DNA of 63,535 nt, counting the filler, from Olpidium bornovanus S191 (lineage: Eukaryota; Fungi; Olpidiomycota), in the NCBI GenBank assembly GCA_017911155.1. It is 29 parts of 29 records of this genome, joined end to end, with 100 filler letters (N's around TTAATTAATTAA, not from the genome) between each part and the next. Parts side by side here need not be neighbours in the genome. Positions count along the whole stretch, not along the records: positions 48,067 to 52,532 come from JAEFCI010002180.1; positions 52,633 to 53,758 come from JAEFCI010012691.1; positions 53,859 to 55,297 come from JAEFCI010009157.1; positions 55,398 to 56,413 come from JAEFCI010010786.1; positions 56,514 to 57,796 come from JAEFCI010007302.1; positions 57,897 to 59,372 come from JAEFCI010009930.1; positions 59,473 to 63,535 come from JAEFCI010001277.1; 22 more parts are not named here. One strand, 5' to 3'. This document shows, piece by piece, positions 51,588 to 62,374 of this stretch (position 1 is its first letter; each line of letters opens with the position of its first letter). The translations under genes and the position numbers were made by a program. The notes beneath the pieces were generated by a model that saw nothing but the letters and a program-made list of their open reading frames with translations, had not been told where the DNA came from and did no database searches.

Positions 51588-52632
51588 GTGGACGGGGAGG
51601 GACGGGGGGAGGGGCGTCGGGAAGGGAGTCGCTGCCGTCGGCGTCCGCAGTGGGGGGCAAGGAGCGGGGTGGCGCGCCGGGCGTCCGTCCGTCTGGCGCA
51701 AAACGCGCAAGGGAAAAAAAGGAAGGAAGGAAAAAAAAAACCTGCTATGTAAGGCTATTACGCGCCCGGGCCTCCGCTGCGCTGGCGGGCGGGCCGAAAC
51801 AGTCCGCAGCGCAGGCGGCTTGCCGTTTCCGAATAGCCCGTCCCTTTGCAAGTGTGACTTTTCCAGCCCTTTAATTGCTTGTGCCGCGGAATGTCATCAC
51901 CAGCGGTTAAAAGCAGCCGGGGTTCCGCGAGGGATACCGAAGGCAAAGTGAAGTGGACAGAATTAAGACCACAAAGCAGCCGGAGTCAACGTTCGTGACA
52001 TCAGAGCACGCGGGCGGCGGCCGGTATGCCGCAAGATCGGTGAATCAGTCGCTATCCGGATAGAGATGCAGGCTGCCGTGCGGCGGAAGTGAGCATGGCC
52101 CGGCCGGCCGTTGCAGATTGTCGACGCCGGCCGGTTGAATTCCCGCTGGGGTCCTCTGTTTTGCGGGGCCTCGGCGACTGACGGGCATTGCAATGTCACA
52201 ATGCAGAAAATCACGCCGCTTTCCTTTCCGGCCGGAGGCCCCCCTGCCGCGGCAATTGGCGCACCGTGATTGCCGGAGCTCTGTCCCGACGCATCTTTGG
52301 CATTTGGCTACGGTTTGGTTAGACCCGGCCCCGTGGTCCCCAAAACCACATCAAAGCATCACTAAGGAACGGTCACCAAGGGTCCGATAGGAGAATCTCA
52401 AGTGTTGGTGCCTGGGTGGAATTGCCATAACGTAAACAGCCTTGCAAATTTTCCGATTGGGCCACACGTAACTGGCAGTCGAAACAGCTCATTGCCGCAT
52501 TCCAAATTCCTCTTTCCTTAGGTTTTTTCATGNNNNNNNNNNNNNNNNNNNNNNNNNNNNNNNNNNNNNNNNNNNNTTAATTAATTAANNNNNNNNNNNN
52601 NNNNNNNNNNNNNNNNNNNNNNNNNNNNNNNN

Positions 52633-53560
52633 GCCCAGCTGGTTCTGCTCGCCGTTTCCCCACGCGTACACCTCCCCGAGAGAGGTCAAGGCGAGCACGT
52701 GGTCGTCGCCCGCGGCGACCTGGACGATGTTGACGTTCAGGAAGTATTCCATGAGCTGCGGCACTTTTTGCATTCCCCGATTGTCTTTCGTGAAACCCAG
52801 CAGGCCGTTGCCGCCCTTTTGTTCCGGTCCAAACGTTGCGTTCGCGTCAGAGGTGGTCCAACACGCGGCACGTTCGCCGCCGCCGTTCGTCACCATTCGC
52901 GCGTGAGGTCTAAGCCGACAAAAAACCTGCCCCTGTCGCGAGACCCCCCCACCCCAAAAAAAAAACTCACTCGGAACGATCCCCACATGTACAGGCGGCC
53001 GGTGTTCGATATCGCGCACGATATGCTGTCGCCCGCGGCGATGCTGACGACGTCGACGCCTTCGAGGCCCTCCACCTTCTCGGGGTAATTCTCGTCACCG
53101 TCACGTCCCAGCGCGCCGTTGTCGTTCACGCCCCACGAATAGACCTGGCGTCCAAAACGGCGGTGGACATATCAGCGTCGAAAATTCTCGCGGAACGGAC
53201 AAGCCGGAGCCGCCGGGCGCTTCCAATACACACCTCCCCCTTGTTCGTCAGCGCCAAGGTGTGCATCCCTCCGACGGCGAGGTCGACCACCTTCTCGTCG
53301 GCGTTGAGGTGACCAAGCGGCATGGGTTTCTTCCGCTGGATGCAGTCCTCTCCCAGTCCGAGCTGGCCCATCTCCCCGGTCCCGAACGTGAAGACCTCGC
53401 CCTCGACGGTCCTCCGCCGCGCGAGGGGAAGGAGCTCGACGGCGTTCTTCGGCATGCGCGGCGCTCCCGGCGGGGCGGTGGGCCGTTTGGCCGGCGGCGG
53501 CGGCGGCGGCGACGGAGCGGCGCGGCCCTTGCCCTTGTCCTTGGTGGTGGTGACGGGGGA
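52633..53560 (-). CDS. RCC1: RCC1 (RanGEF, Srm1/Pim1-like), truncated at both ends
   Basis: GEVFTFGTGEMGQLGLG...VVDLAVGGMHTLALT|VYSWGVNDNGALGR...IAAGDSISCA...LYMWGSFR|...VQVAAGDDHVLALT...VYAWGNGEQNQLG. Confidence 0.9.
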
Positions 53561-53629
53561 AAGTTGCCCAAAAAAGGAAAAGATTAGCGGCCGGCGGATG
53601 TTTCCGGAGGCCACGGCCTCCCCCCTCCT

Positions 53630-53679
<50 letters not shown>

Positions 53680-53700
53680 CCCCCCCCGGGGGGGGGGGGG

Positions 53701-53743
<43 letters not shown>

Positions 53744-53858
53744 AGGAGGGGGGAGGCCNNNNNNNNNNNNNNNNNNNNNNNNNNNNNNNNNNNNNNNNNN
53801 NNTTAATTAATTAANNNNNNNNNNNNNNNNNNNNNNNNNNNNNNNNNNNNNNNNNNNN

Positions 53859-54892
53859 CATGTCGCGATTCGCACTCGCCTCCGTTCTGCCGGTGCCACC
53901 CACACTTTTCGGCAGCGGACTCGCCTAAGTCTGACGCGAGGGGCTGCGCGGATGCGGCTACCGTGAACGCGCCGGAGTTTCGGCGGTCTGCCTTGCACGA
54001 GCGGCAACCGGCAGCCGCAGGCGTCGACTTCCCGCCGGCCGCAGCCGTGCCATTGGCGGGCGGCGTCGCCTGCCCGGCAGGGTGTCTCCGCTTGGCAGGC
54101 GTGTAAAGCGGGACGTTGTCTGACTGAAGGCGCTCGTCCGGACGCAGCCTCGGCACCGGGACCCCGGGGAGACCCGCCCTGGGGTTCAAACAGTACCGGA
54201 GCTTGCGCGAGCTGTCTTTGCTCTGAGTCTTTGCCAACGTCGCGACGCGCTGCGGGTCTAGCGATTTGCTCACTCGCTTGAAATGCTGCGAAATCCTGGA
54301 GGAGACTGTCTGTTTTGGCGTCTGCCCGCTGTTGACTCCAGACGGTCGGAAAAAGGTAAGAAATCTGAATCGTTCTCCCGACGCCTTCCCCACCACCCCT
54401 CCTTTTGAGGAAAGCGAACGGAGTACTGCATCAAGGAATTTCCACTCGTGAAGGGAAACTTTCGCGCCCTTACACCCTCTTCGCTCACCCGATGTGCTCG
54501 ATGTCGTTTTCGACGATAAAAGTGGCGAGTTCGTACGGGTTCGAAGGAACGTTCTCCAGAAAAAGGAGGGCTTTGACGATGGCGACGAAGACCTTGTCTT
54601 TGGCGTCGTCGGGAGCCAGCAAGCCGGTGTCGAACGGCAGCTGCAGTCGACAGTCGAATCCGCCGTTGGGAGCCTGACTGTCTCCGAGCGGCTTCTTTTT
54701 GGGTGCCAGCGACGACGGCGCCGCTGCCCCACTACCCGCCGCCGAAAGGCGTCGCGGTGGCCGCCCGACTCTGACAGCGAAAGGGCGGCGGCGGCGGGCT
54801 TGCCCGAAACGGACCGCCATTTTCCCGGTTGTTCCGGCGTCTGCAGCAGCGGCGTGCCTGCGGCTGCGCGGTCCTACCGCCGCCTTCACCAT
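53859..54892 (-). CDS. GDS1-like winged-helix protein, truncated
   Basis: DKVFVAIVKALLFLENVPSNPYELATFIVENDI...TPKQTVSSRISQHFKR, as in the fungal Gds1/HARE-HTH-like helix. Confidence 0.75.
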
Positions 54893-54925
54893 CGAGACCT
54901 GTGGGGCCGCAGCCGGAGAACGAAA

Positions 54926-55072
54926 AGAGAGAAAGAGAGAGGAGAGAGGGAAGCGGAGAGAGGGAGAGGAGAGAGATGGAGAGAAGACAGAGGGAGAGAG
55001 AAAGATCGAGAGAGAGAAAGGAGAGAGAGGGAGAGAGAGAGAGAGACAGAGTGAGAGGCGTGAGCGCGTGCG
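54926..55072. repeat. Imperfect (GA)n microsatellite
   Basis: About 145 bp almost entirely G and A. Confidence 0.95.
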
Positions 55073-55419
55073 TGAGACAGATGCCGCGTCGTCCTTCCCT
55101 TCTTCTCCCTCCCCCCTTCCCCCCGCCCGTCATAAACGCCACAGCCGACCCTGTGGGCAGACGCGGTGGAAGGGTAGGCATGCCCAGGCCCACGCCCCTG
55201 GGTCGATCCGTGTTGGTGGCTCCGGCTGCGGCACCCGCGCGGCGCAAACCCGAGCAATTCGAACACCCGCTCCCCCTTCTTCGACTTTGACTGTAGCNNN
55301 NNNNNNNNNNNNNNNNNNNNNNNNNNNNNNNNNNNNNNNNNTTAATTAATTAANNNNNNNNNNNNNNNNNNNNNNNNNNNNNNNNNNNNNNNNNNNNTGA
55401 AACGGAAATTTTTTTTTCT

Positions 55420-56050
55420 GCCGCGCAGTGGGTACCCGCGGGTAGACGGGTACCCGTTGTCTGAAACCCATACCCATACCCGACCCTCAATCCTCAAACC
55501 CGTGCCCGAACCCGCGGGTTTGGGTACGGGTAGGAACCTTGAGTGCAGAGTGAGGGGGCATTGGGGAGAGAGTGGGTGGCGGTGGAGGGAGGGAATAAGG
55601 GGCCGTGACGCATTTTTTGACTGTGGGTCAGTGCTGTCCAGACATGCACAAGAACGGGTGGGCATGCAATAATTTGCTACCCATTTGTCCAGGTGTGGGA
55701 AATTGGCTTCTCGTCTTTTTCCTGTCCAAAGCAAGTCGATTTTGGCAATCCGGCAAGACCTGATATCGGGACACGCTGCAAGGACGCCGTGTGTGCCGCC
55801 GCTTCCACGCATTGCTTGACAGAATAAAACCGTCTTACCATCAATGGGGAGGGGGAACTTGCTGCCGCATAACTCGCCTTCTTCACGGTTGGCTTGGAGT
55901 TTCACGCCCAGTCGCACGTTTGAAATGATTCCCTCTTCAATCACGCCTCCAGGGTTCTTCCAGTCGGAGGCTCTGCAGCAAAATGCGCGGGAAGCTGCTG
56001 CTGAAGCTATCTTGAAGTTGTTCCCGATGCCCCTCAACCCCGCCCTGGTC
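55420..56050 (-). mobile_element. Degenerate hAT DNA transposon end
   Basis: DLLWTGKRREANFPHLDKWVANYCMPTRS resembles the hAT dimerisation domain (WxxxExxFPxLxxxAxxYLxxPxxS). It is followed by clustered TACCCG/CGGGTA/AACCCG subterminal repeats at 55430-55512. Confidence 0.65.
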
Positions 56051-56894
56051 CGTTTTTCCCCTTTTGGTTCCTGCTCGGCCATAACTTGAAATCTCGCACA
56101 CTGCCGCGCAAGAAGGCCGCTTCGATTTTCACCCGCATGTCATCCCCCCGCTTGTCGCTCGTTTCAGGCGGTGATCCTGCCGCAGCAGCTTCCTTGCGCT
56201 CGAAGGGGGCCGCCAAATGCACCCACTTTTCTTCTCCCCTCAATCCCGCCCAGCACACCGCGGACGGGGAGGGAACGGTCGGTCTGTGCGGCAAGCAAAG
56301 GCTGTGGGAGAAAGTGTTGGCTTTTGTGGGGTTTTCGCCGCGTTGGCTGGTATATTCAGAAGAGAGAGAGAACGCGTAAAGTACAGCGTATAACATTGTG
56401 GGGTTCCAACTAANNNNNNNNNNNNNNNNNNNNNNNNNNNNNNNNNNNNNNNNNNNNTTAATTAATTAANNNNNNNNNNNNNNNNNNNNNNNNNNNNNNN
56501 NNNNNNNNNNNNNACCTTGAGATTGCTCCTGTGTCAACAGCTGCAAATGTTGCAGATATATTCACCAAGGGACTGCCCCGCCCAGCTTTTCTCGGGCATC
56601 GACAAACCCTTGGCGTACTTCCCGTTACATCAATTTGATTTCTATCCTTTCTTCCGCCTATGTAAATCTCCGTTTTATTCTCTCCCGATTTTCTATGCAA
56701 GGAGGAGTGTTGGAATTTCTCCTTTTCTTTTCTTCCTTCTCGTTTAGGTCCCCTACGGTTAGTCAGAACCCCTTAATGTTTCAGTCCTTATAACGCGTAA
56801 AATCCCTTGTACAATACAGCGCCCCCCGTGGCGAAACACATAACTCACAACAGTTGGAATGGCTTCACAGGGCGAGCCAGACACCTGGTGAATA

Positions 56895-56967
56895 GGGCAG
56901 ATAGCTCAGTTGGTAGAGCGTTCCTCCGGGATAGGGAAGGTCCCGAGTTCGACCCTCGGTCGGCCCA
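56895..56967 (+). tRNA. Atypical tRNA or tRNA-like gene, nominal anticodon GGG
   Basis: 73-nt cloverleaf: GGGCAGA/TCGGCCC (A5:G68 mismatch), GCTC-AGTTGGTA-GAGC, TTCCT-CCGGGAT-AGGGA, CCGAG-TTCGACC-CTCGG, A73, then CTTTT. Confidence 0.8.
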
Positions 56968-57718
56968 CTTTTGATGCGCAACAGGACAATCGTCGATGGC
57001 GGTGGCGGTTCGTCAAAAGACGGCGACGAGTCCGAGGCGGGGGTGGGCGAGATGAAGGCCGCTCGACGTGTGACGACGTCGACGGGCGGGCGAGACGGGC
57101 GGCCGTACGGTCGAGGCTCGCCTGGAGGAGCGACAGGGAGCGGTTGGGGGCACCGTAATTGACCGCCATCCCAATAATCCGCTCGTCGAGGGCGCCGCAG
57201 GTAACACTCAGCACCTGCAATGAAACGGACAGGTCGTTGACGATGGCAGGGAGAACTGTGTCAACATCGGCAAGAATAGCAGCAGCGGTGGCAGCACCAA
57301 CATGCGCTACAATTGAAGTGCGCCACTCAGCAAATCCAGCAAGCTTCTGCTGACGAAGGACGGCGTCAGGAGCGTTTGCGGGATTGTGACGGCTGGCCTC
57401 GAGTTCGACACGTGCGGATGAAGCAGCAGCAGTGGCGGCGGCGGCGGCAGCCTGTGTGTCCGGTTCTGGAACAAATAGGGGAACGCGAAGCGGCGGCAAG
57501 TCCATGCGCGCGTCGAGGGACGGCGACGGCGGAATGGGGATGGTATCGGGGTCAACGTTAGCACAGTCAACAAGCGCCAGAGACGACGTGGGCAAACGAA
57601 CGATGCAGGGGGACAGCGCAGTCGTTGCGGAAGCGGCGGCAGCGCTGGTCGCCTCCATGTGCGGCGACAGCGGCTGGGGTGTTTTGCCTCGACGGCGTCG
57701 ATGACGCGGAGAGGGCAT
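56906..57718 (-). CDS. Intronless hypothetical ORF (possible mobile-element ORF1) ending inside the tRNA-like gene
   Basis: Within the 288-aa ORF: Ala/Pro-rich N-terminus, then helical FAEWRTSIVAHVG...LQASLDRTAARL. The stop is the complement of TCA in the D arm. Confidence 0.4.
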   Translation of the reverse strand: MPSPRHRRRRGKTPQPLSPHMEATSAAAASATTALSPCIVRLPTSSLALVDCANVDPDTIPIPPSPSLDARMDLPPLRVPLFVPEPDTQAAAAAATAAASSARVELEASRHNPANAPDAVLRQQKLAGFAEWRTSIVAHVGAATAAAILADVDTVLPAIVNDLSVSLQVLSVTCGALDERIIGMAVNYGAPNRSLSLLQASLDRTAARLARPSTSSHVERPSSRPPPPRTRRRLLTNRHRHRRLSCCASKVGRPRVELGTFPIPEERSTN

Positions 57719-58520
57719 CGTCAGCGGCTCGACAAAAGGACGTGGTTGACCACAAGCGAAGCGAATCAACAACGAAGCGAATCAACAACGAAGCGANNNN
57801 NNNNNNNNNNNNNNNNNNNNNNNNNNNNNNNNNNNNNNNNTTAATTAATTAANNNNNNNNNNNNNNNNNNNNNNNNNNNNNNNNNNNNNNNNNNNNCATG
57901 GGAGTAAGCGACATAGCCGATCTTGCGTAGGTGATCAATGTTTAATCGACGATGATCATCGCCGATTAAACGTTTATGAGGTATTCCACCATCAAGGAAG
58001 GCGTGCAGTGAACAATTTCGTAAGTAAACGGCTGTTTTCCACAGTTACCCCCAGAGGCAGGCCGGAAGTCGCGCATCCTGACGGATTGCGCGCGCGATTT
58101 CCTCTATGGTCTGATTAATCCGTTCCGCGGTCCCGTTCTGTTGCGGTGTGTCACGCACAGTGAATTGTTGCTCGATTCCACGGCGGGAAAGAGCTGCTGT
58201 GTACGAGTCGGAGGTGAACTCGCTGCCACGGTCAGAACGGTGTCGCGGGTGCCAGATTTGTCCTCAATCATCTAGGGGCCGTCGCCCTGGTGCGGGTTGC
58301 AAGCGTTGGCGTCTCCGAAGAGCGCCTCTGTGCGTGTGGGCAAGGAGCTCATGGAGGGGAGGTGCTGCACCACGGCGGCGCAGCTCTCGTTCAAGAGAGA
58401 GAGAGAGCGCAGCAAAACAACTGGCAAGCGGTTCGTCGGTCCACACCCAGGGCGCAGACGCTGCTCATTTGCCGCAAGCTGAGCTGCGGCCGGAGCTCGG
58501 GCCGGCCCTGAGTCGGATGG

Positions 58521-59372
58521 ATGGACAGCTCGGGCGACGAAGAGGACGAGGTCCAACCCGTCAACGCTGCGGTCGCCCCGCCGCGGGAAAGTACATTGTC
58601 CGAGCCGCATGCGCCTCAGGACGCCCGGGAACTTCCAGATCTTGCAGTCTCTCCTCGCGCAGCGGAGGCGCCTTTCGCGAACACGTTCGCGGCAAATTCG
58701 TCCGGCGACTTCCAGGAGCAGCAGGGAAAACGTAGAAAGAGCAACGCACCATCACCGCCGGTTGAAGACCTCAGCGTGTGTTATTACACCGACTGCCGGA
58801 GCGCTGCGCCTTTTTGTATTGTGATGGCCTTACTAATTCAGGGCCGCCCTCACAACGTGCAGGAGCATAATTGCCCGATCTGCCTGGAACCGTGGTCGAT
58901 AAACGGCGAGCACCGTTGTGCGTCCTTGAAATGCGGACACTTGTTCGGCCGAAGGTACCGACCTCTGCAGATTGTGTTTGGAAGCGCGCACCCTAGCAGA
59001 TAAACTAGCTGACTTTGGTAGCGGCCAAGCTGCATACTTCGCTGGATAGACCGCAAAGGCAGGACGAAGGATAGCAAGGCCAAGTGTCCTGAGTGCAAGT
59101 GCGTAAGACCCTTTCACTGCTGTTTGTTCTTCAGATTCCGATCGTGTCTACAGCAGCGATTCGAGGGATTTTCACTAATAGCGAGAATTTGATGTGGTTG
59201 TCATCCCAGCCAGACTGCGTCGAGGAAGGATGTCCGTGTCATATGGGCCAGGAAGATCGTTGCGGTGGATTCCGAGGAAATGGACAAGGCAATTATTGAA
59301 GCGAAAGCCGCAAAAACGGCTCTGCACGAAGCTCAGCAGACTGCGGCCCGGTTTCAGTTGGCATACAACATG
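58521..59372 (+). CDS. RFWD3: RING-WD40 E3 ligase RFWD3-like, spliced, 3' truncated; apparent +1 frameshift at about 59279
   Basis: CPICLEPWSINGEHRCASLKCGHLFG|SCILRWI...KCPECK|...KDVRVIWARKIVAVDSEE, then coiled coil LDKAIIEAKAAKTALHEAQ. Confidence 0.82.
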
Positions 59373-59472
59373 NNNNNNNNNNNNNNNNNNNNNNNNNNNN
59401 NNNNNNNNNNNNNNNNTTAATTAATTAANNNNNNNNNNNNNNNNNNNNNNNNNNNNNNNNNNNNNNNNNNNN

Positions 59473-60564
59473 CATGAAACTGATGTTGACATCAAGAACG
59501 TTCCTGAAGCCACCGCCAAATCCGCCGCCGAACATTTTGTTCAGGATCTCCTGTTGAATATTCTCGAAGCCTCCTCTTTGGAAATCGCCAAAGCCGCCCG
59601 GGAAACCTCCTTGATCTCCACCTGCCGCACCGTCTGGATTTGTCGAGCCGTTAGCGACCTGCCCGCCCAATAAGCTCACCACCGCAACGTGATGCAAAAC
59701 AAAAAAATTACCAATGTGACCGAACTGGTCGAACGAGGCTCGCTTCTCTTCATTCGACAATATCTGGACAGCAAAAAACGGAATGATTCAGCGCCTCGCG
59801 CAGGAAATGCAGCTTGTCTCGCAAAGGAAAAATCATCTTGCCGGCGTACGTCGTACGCCTGCTGGATATTGACGAATCTCTCGTGAGCGTCCTTTTCCTT
59901 GTTAGCGTCCGGGTGATACTTTTTCGCCAGATTATAGTAGGCCTTCTTGATGTCTCCAGCCGACGCATCCCTCTTGACCCCGAGCGTTTCATACGGGTCG
60001 GCCGCGCCGGCTCGCGTTGGGGCGCTTGTGTGCAAAGCTCGGCGCTGCCCCTCTGTCCAACCGCGGGCGAGAGACCGCAAAAGTTTAGCTCTTCAAAAAA
60101 AAAAAAAAAAAAAGGAGAGAGAGAGAGAAAGAGATTCGGGTGCGGGCAAATGTGCTGCAACGTTTCACGACTCACACAGGCTGCCAGGACCGAAATCGCA
60201 AATCGGACCGCCTGTCCCGAAGCCCAAATCCTTTTTCCGCCCCCGTCAGTCGTCGGGACATACCATGACGGAGTAGCGATTGCGGTGGCGCGCTGTTCCG
60301 GCGGTGACGAGTACACCCGGGGGGGCCGAAAGGGCGTTCCGCAGCCTGCGCTTGTCTCGTACTCCCGGCGGCAGCGGGCGGCCGCGCGCCGGCGCAGAAC
60401 GGCCGCAAAACCACGACCTGGGCGCCCGCAGGCCCGAAACAGCGCGGCGGCCGGAAGGGGATTTTGGCGGCGTGTCCGAGGACCGCAGCTGACACCGCCG
60501 CGGCGGAGCAGGCGACAACGGCCTTGGACGCCAGCGGCGCGGCGTTCGCGGCGGGCGGGCACAT
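59473..60564 (-). CDS. MDJ1: Mitochondrial class A DnaJ, spliced, 3' truncated; start uncertain
   Basis: Presequence-like [12 protein letters not shown]-domain [13 protein letters not shown]...[31 protein letters not shown]-rich region. Confidence 0.9.
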
Positions 60565-60705
60565 CGAGGTGAGGTCTCTGAGGGGCGGTCGACGCGCCCG
60601 GCGTTCTTTTTTCCTTTCTATTTAACAACCGCGGGACGGCCGAGGAAAAGGGGGGAAAAGGGGTGGCCCGACGCCTTTGCTTCATTTTTTCTTTTTTTTT
60701 TTTTC

Positions 60706-60736
<31 letters not shown>

Positions 60737-61262
60737 TTTTTACGCGCTTCTTCTTTCGCGTTCTGCGGAATTCCCCGGGCCAGTCGGCGATTGTTCCGCA
60801 GTTTGTTTTTTTTTTTTTGTTTGTTTTTTTTTTTTCTCCCGCGCGTGTTATCCCCGACCTGACGGTTCGCAACACGGCGAAAGGCGAGATGAGATAGGGA
60901 GACGGAGAGGGAGAGAAGAGAGAGGGAGAGAGGCAAGCGTGCAATGTGCCTCCGCTTGCGGCACGCTTGCGCAGGAAAGCCCTCGCAGGTGCGTGAGGCG
61001 AAAGAAACGGACTTTTCTGCGGATAAACTTGGGCTACGTGACGACATAAGGCCTCCCGCGGAAACTTATATGTGTCGTTTTTCAGGTTTCGTTTAAAATT
61101 ATGAGGCAGCGGCTTGCGTTGATTGATGGATTTTTTTTTTTTTTTTTTTTTTGCGGAAAGTTCCGCCGGGATGTTTTGTGTCTCTCTCTCTCTCGCTCAC
61201 TCTCTCTGTCCCACACCAGCGTCCCTCCCATCCCCGCCCTCCCGACGTCCTTCCGCCCCCGC

Positions 61263-62374
61263 AATGGCGGTGCCTTCGCCGTCAGCTGTGGCGGTAGCGG
61301 CGCGCCCGTGCGCGCTCTGGAGCCGCGTCGGCGCCGCGTTTGCGGCCGCGCCGCGCCGGACGCAGAGCCGCTGTTTTGGCACGCCGGCGAAGCGCGTCGG
61401 GAGCGCCGGTCCCACTGTCGTCGCACCCTCACGGATAGCGTCCGCGCTTTTCGCCGGTGGCGGACCCTCGCAGGGCGGCGGATTGTCGGGCGCGTCTCTG
61501 GAGGTACGAGCGCGGTCTCTTGACCTACCCGTTTCCGTGAAGGCCGCTGGGCAAACCGCCCTGGTTGCGCTGCGGTTTGTTTGCGCAAGCCGCTGCTCCC
61601 TTCCGCCCAACAGGCACCCACCCCCGTGTTGAGCTTCCATCACCCGGCCGACAGCTGGTTCTCACGGTATTTTTTTTTTCTTTCCCGTGCTGCCACGCCG
61701 TGCGTCCTGCGACCGCCGTCGTTCTGTCGCTCCCACTGGATATTTGGACGGCACGAACCAGCAACGACGCCACAAGTCGATAAAAGTCAGGCGGCTGAAG
61801 AGGCATGGGAAAGACAGCCCGCACGTTATCTACCAGGTCCAGCCGGAGCAGAACCCAGGAAAGCCCGACCTGTTGGTCCGCCTGCGGACGAATATCCCGA
61901 AACGCGGGAAGGAGGGTGAGTTGGCCTTCTAGATTGGGAGAAGCGAGAGAAAGGGAACGCCGAACTTCGGACCGCCTTAATTGCGGTGGTCTTTTCCCGT
62001 CCTCTTTCCCGCAGGCAGCATCGTGTGGGCAAGACGTAAGCACGCTTGTCCTCGGCGTTTTCCCGCCGCGCGTCGTTTGTTTTCGCACCTCCGCTTTTCG
62101 CTTCCCCCACCTCCCCCGCCCTCTCGTGACTCCTTATATCCTCGCTTGTCGTTCAGCCGACACCGCCCGCTTATGGATCAACCACCGACTGGCGGACTAC
62201 GTGCCGCCACGCATGTTTCCCAGCAACTGGGAACATTACGTCGAGACTTACCGCGACGAGATTATAGAGTACGCCCCACCCCACCTGGCCGAACGCGCAT
62301 TTGGCGAGCTGGAAAAGTTGAAAGCCAAGACGAACGAGGAGGAGTCGATGATCGTTTCCCACAGGACGACGTGA
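61263..62374 (+). CDS. Hypothetical protein with mitochondrial-presequence-like N-terminus, divergent from MDJ1
   Basis: MAVPSPSAVAVAARPCALWSRVGAAF...RCFGT; exons ...HVIYQVQPEQNPGKPDLLVRLRTNIPKRGKE| GSIVWAR| ADTARLWINHRLADYVPPRMFP...*, with GT-AG boundaries. Confidence 0.5.

Noticed and set aside
1279-59472. Regularly recurring TTAATTAATTAA between N runs, resembling an array or regulatory repeat
   Set aside because: Identical 100-bp six-frame-stop assembly spacers. ORFs ending in LIN or starting with X, and any cross-contig gene clusters, are artefacts.
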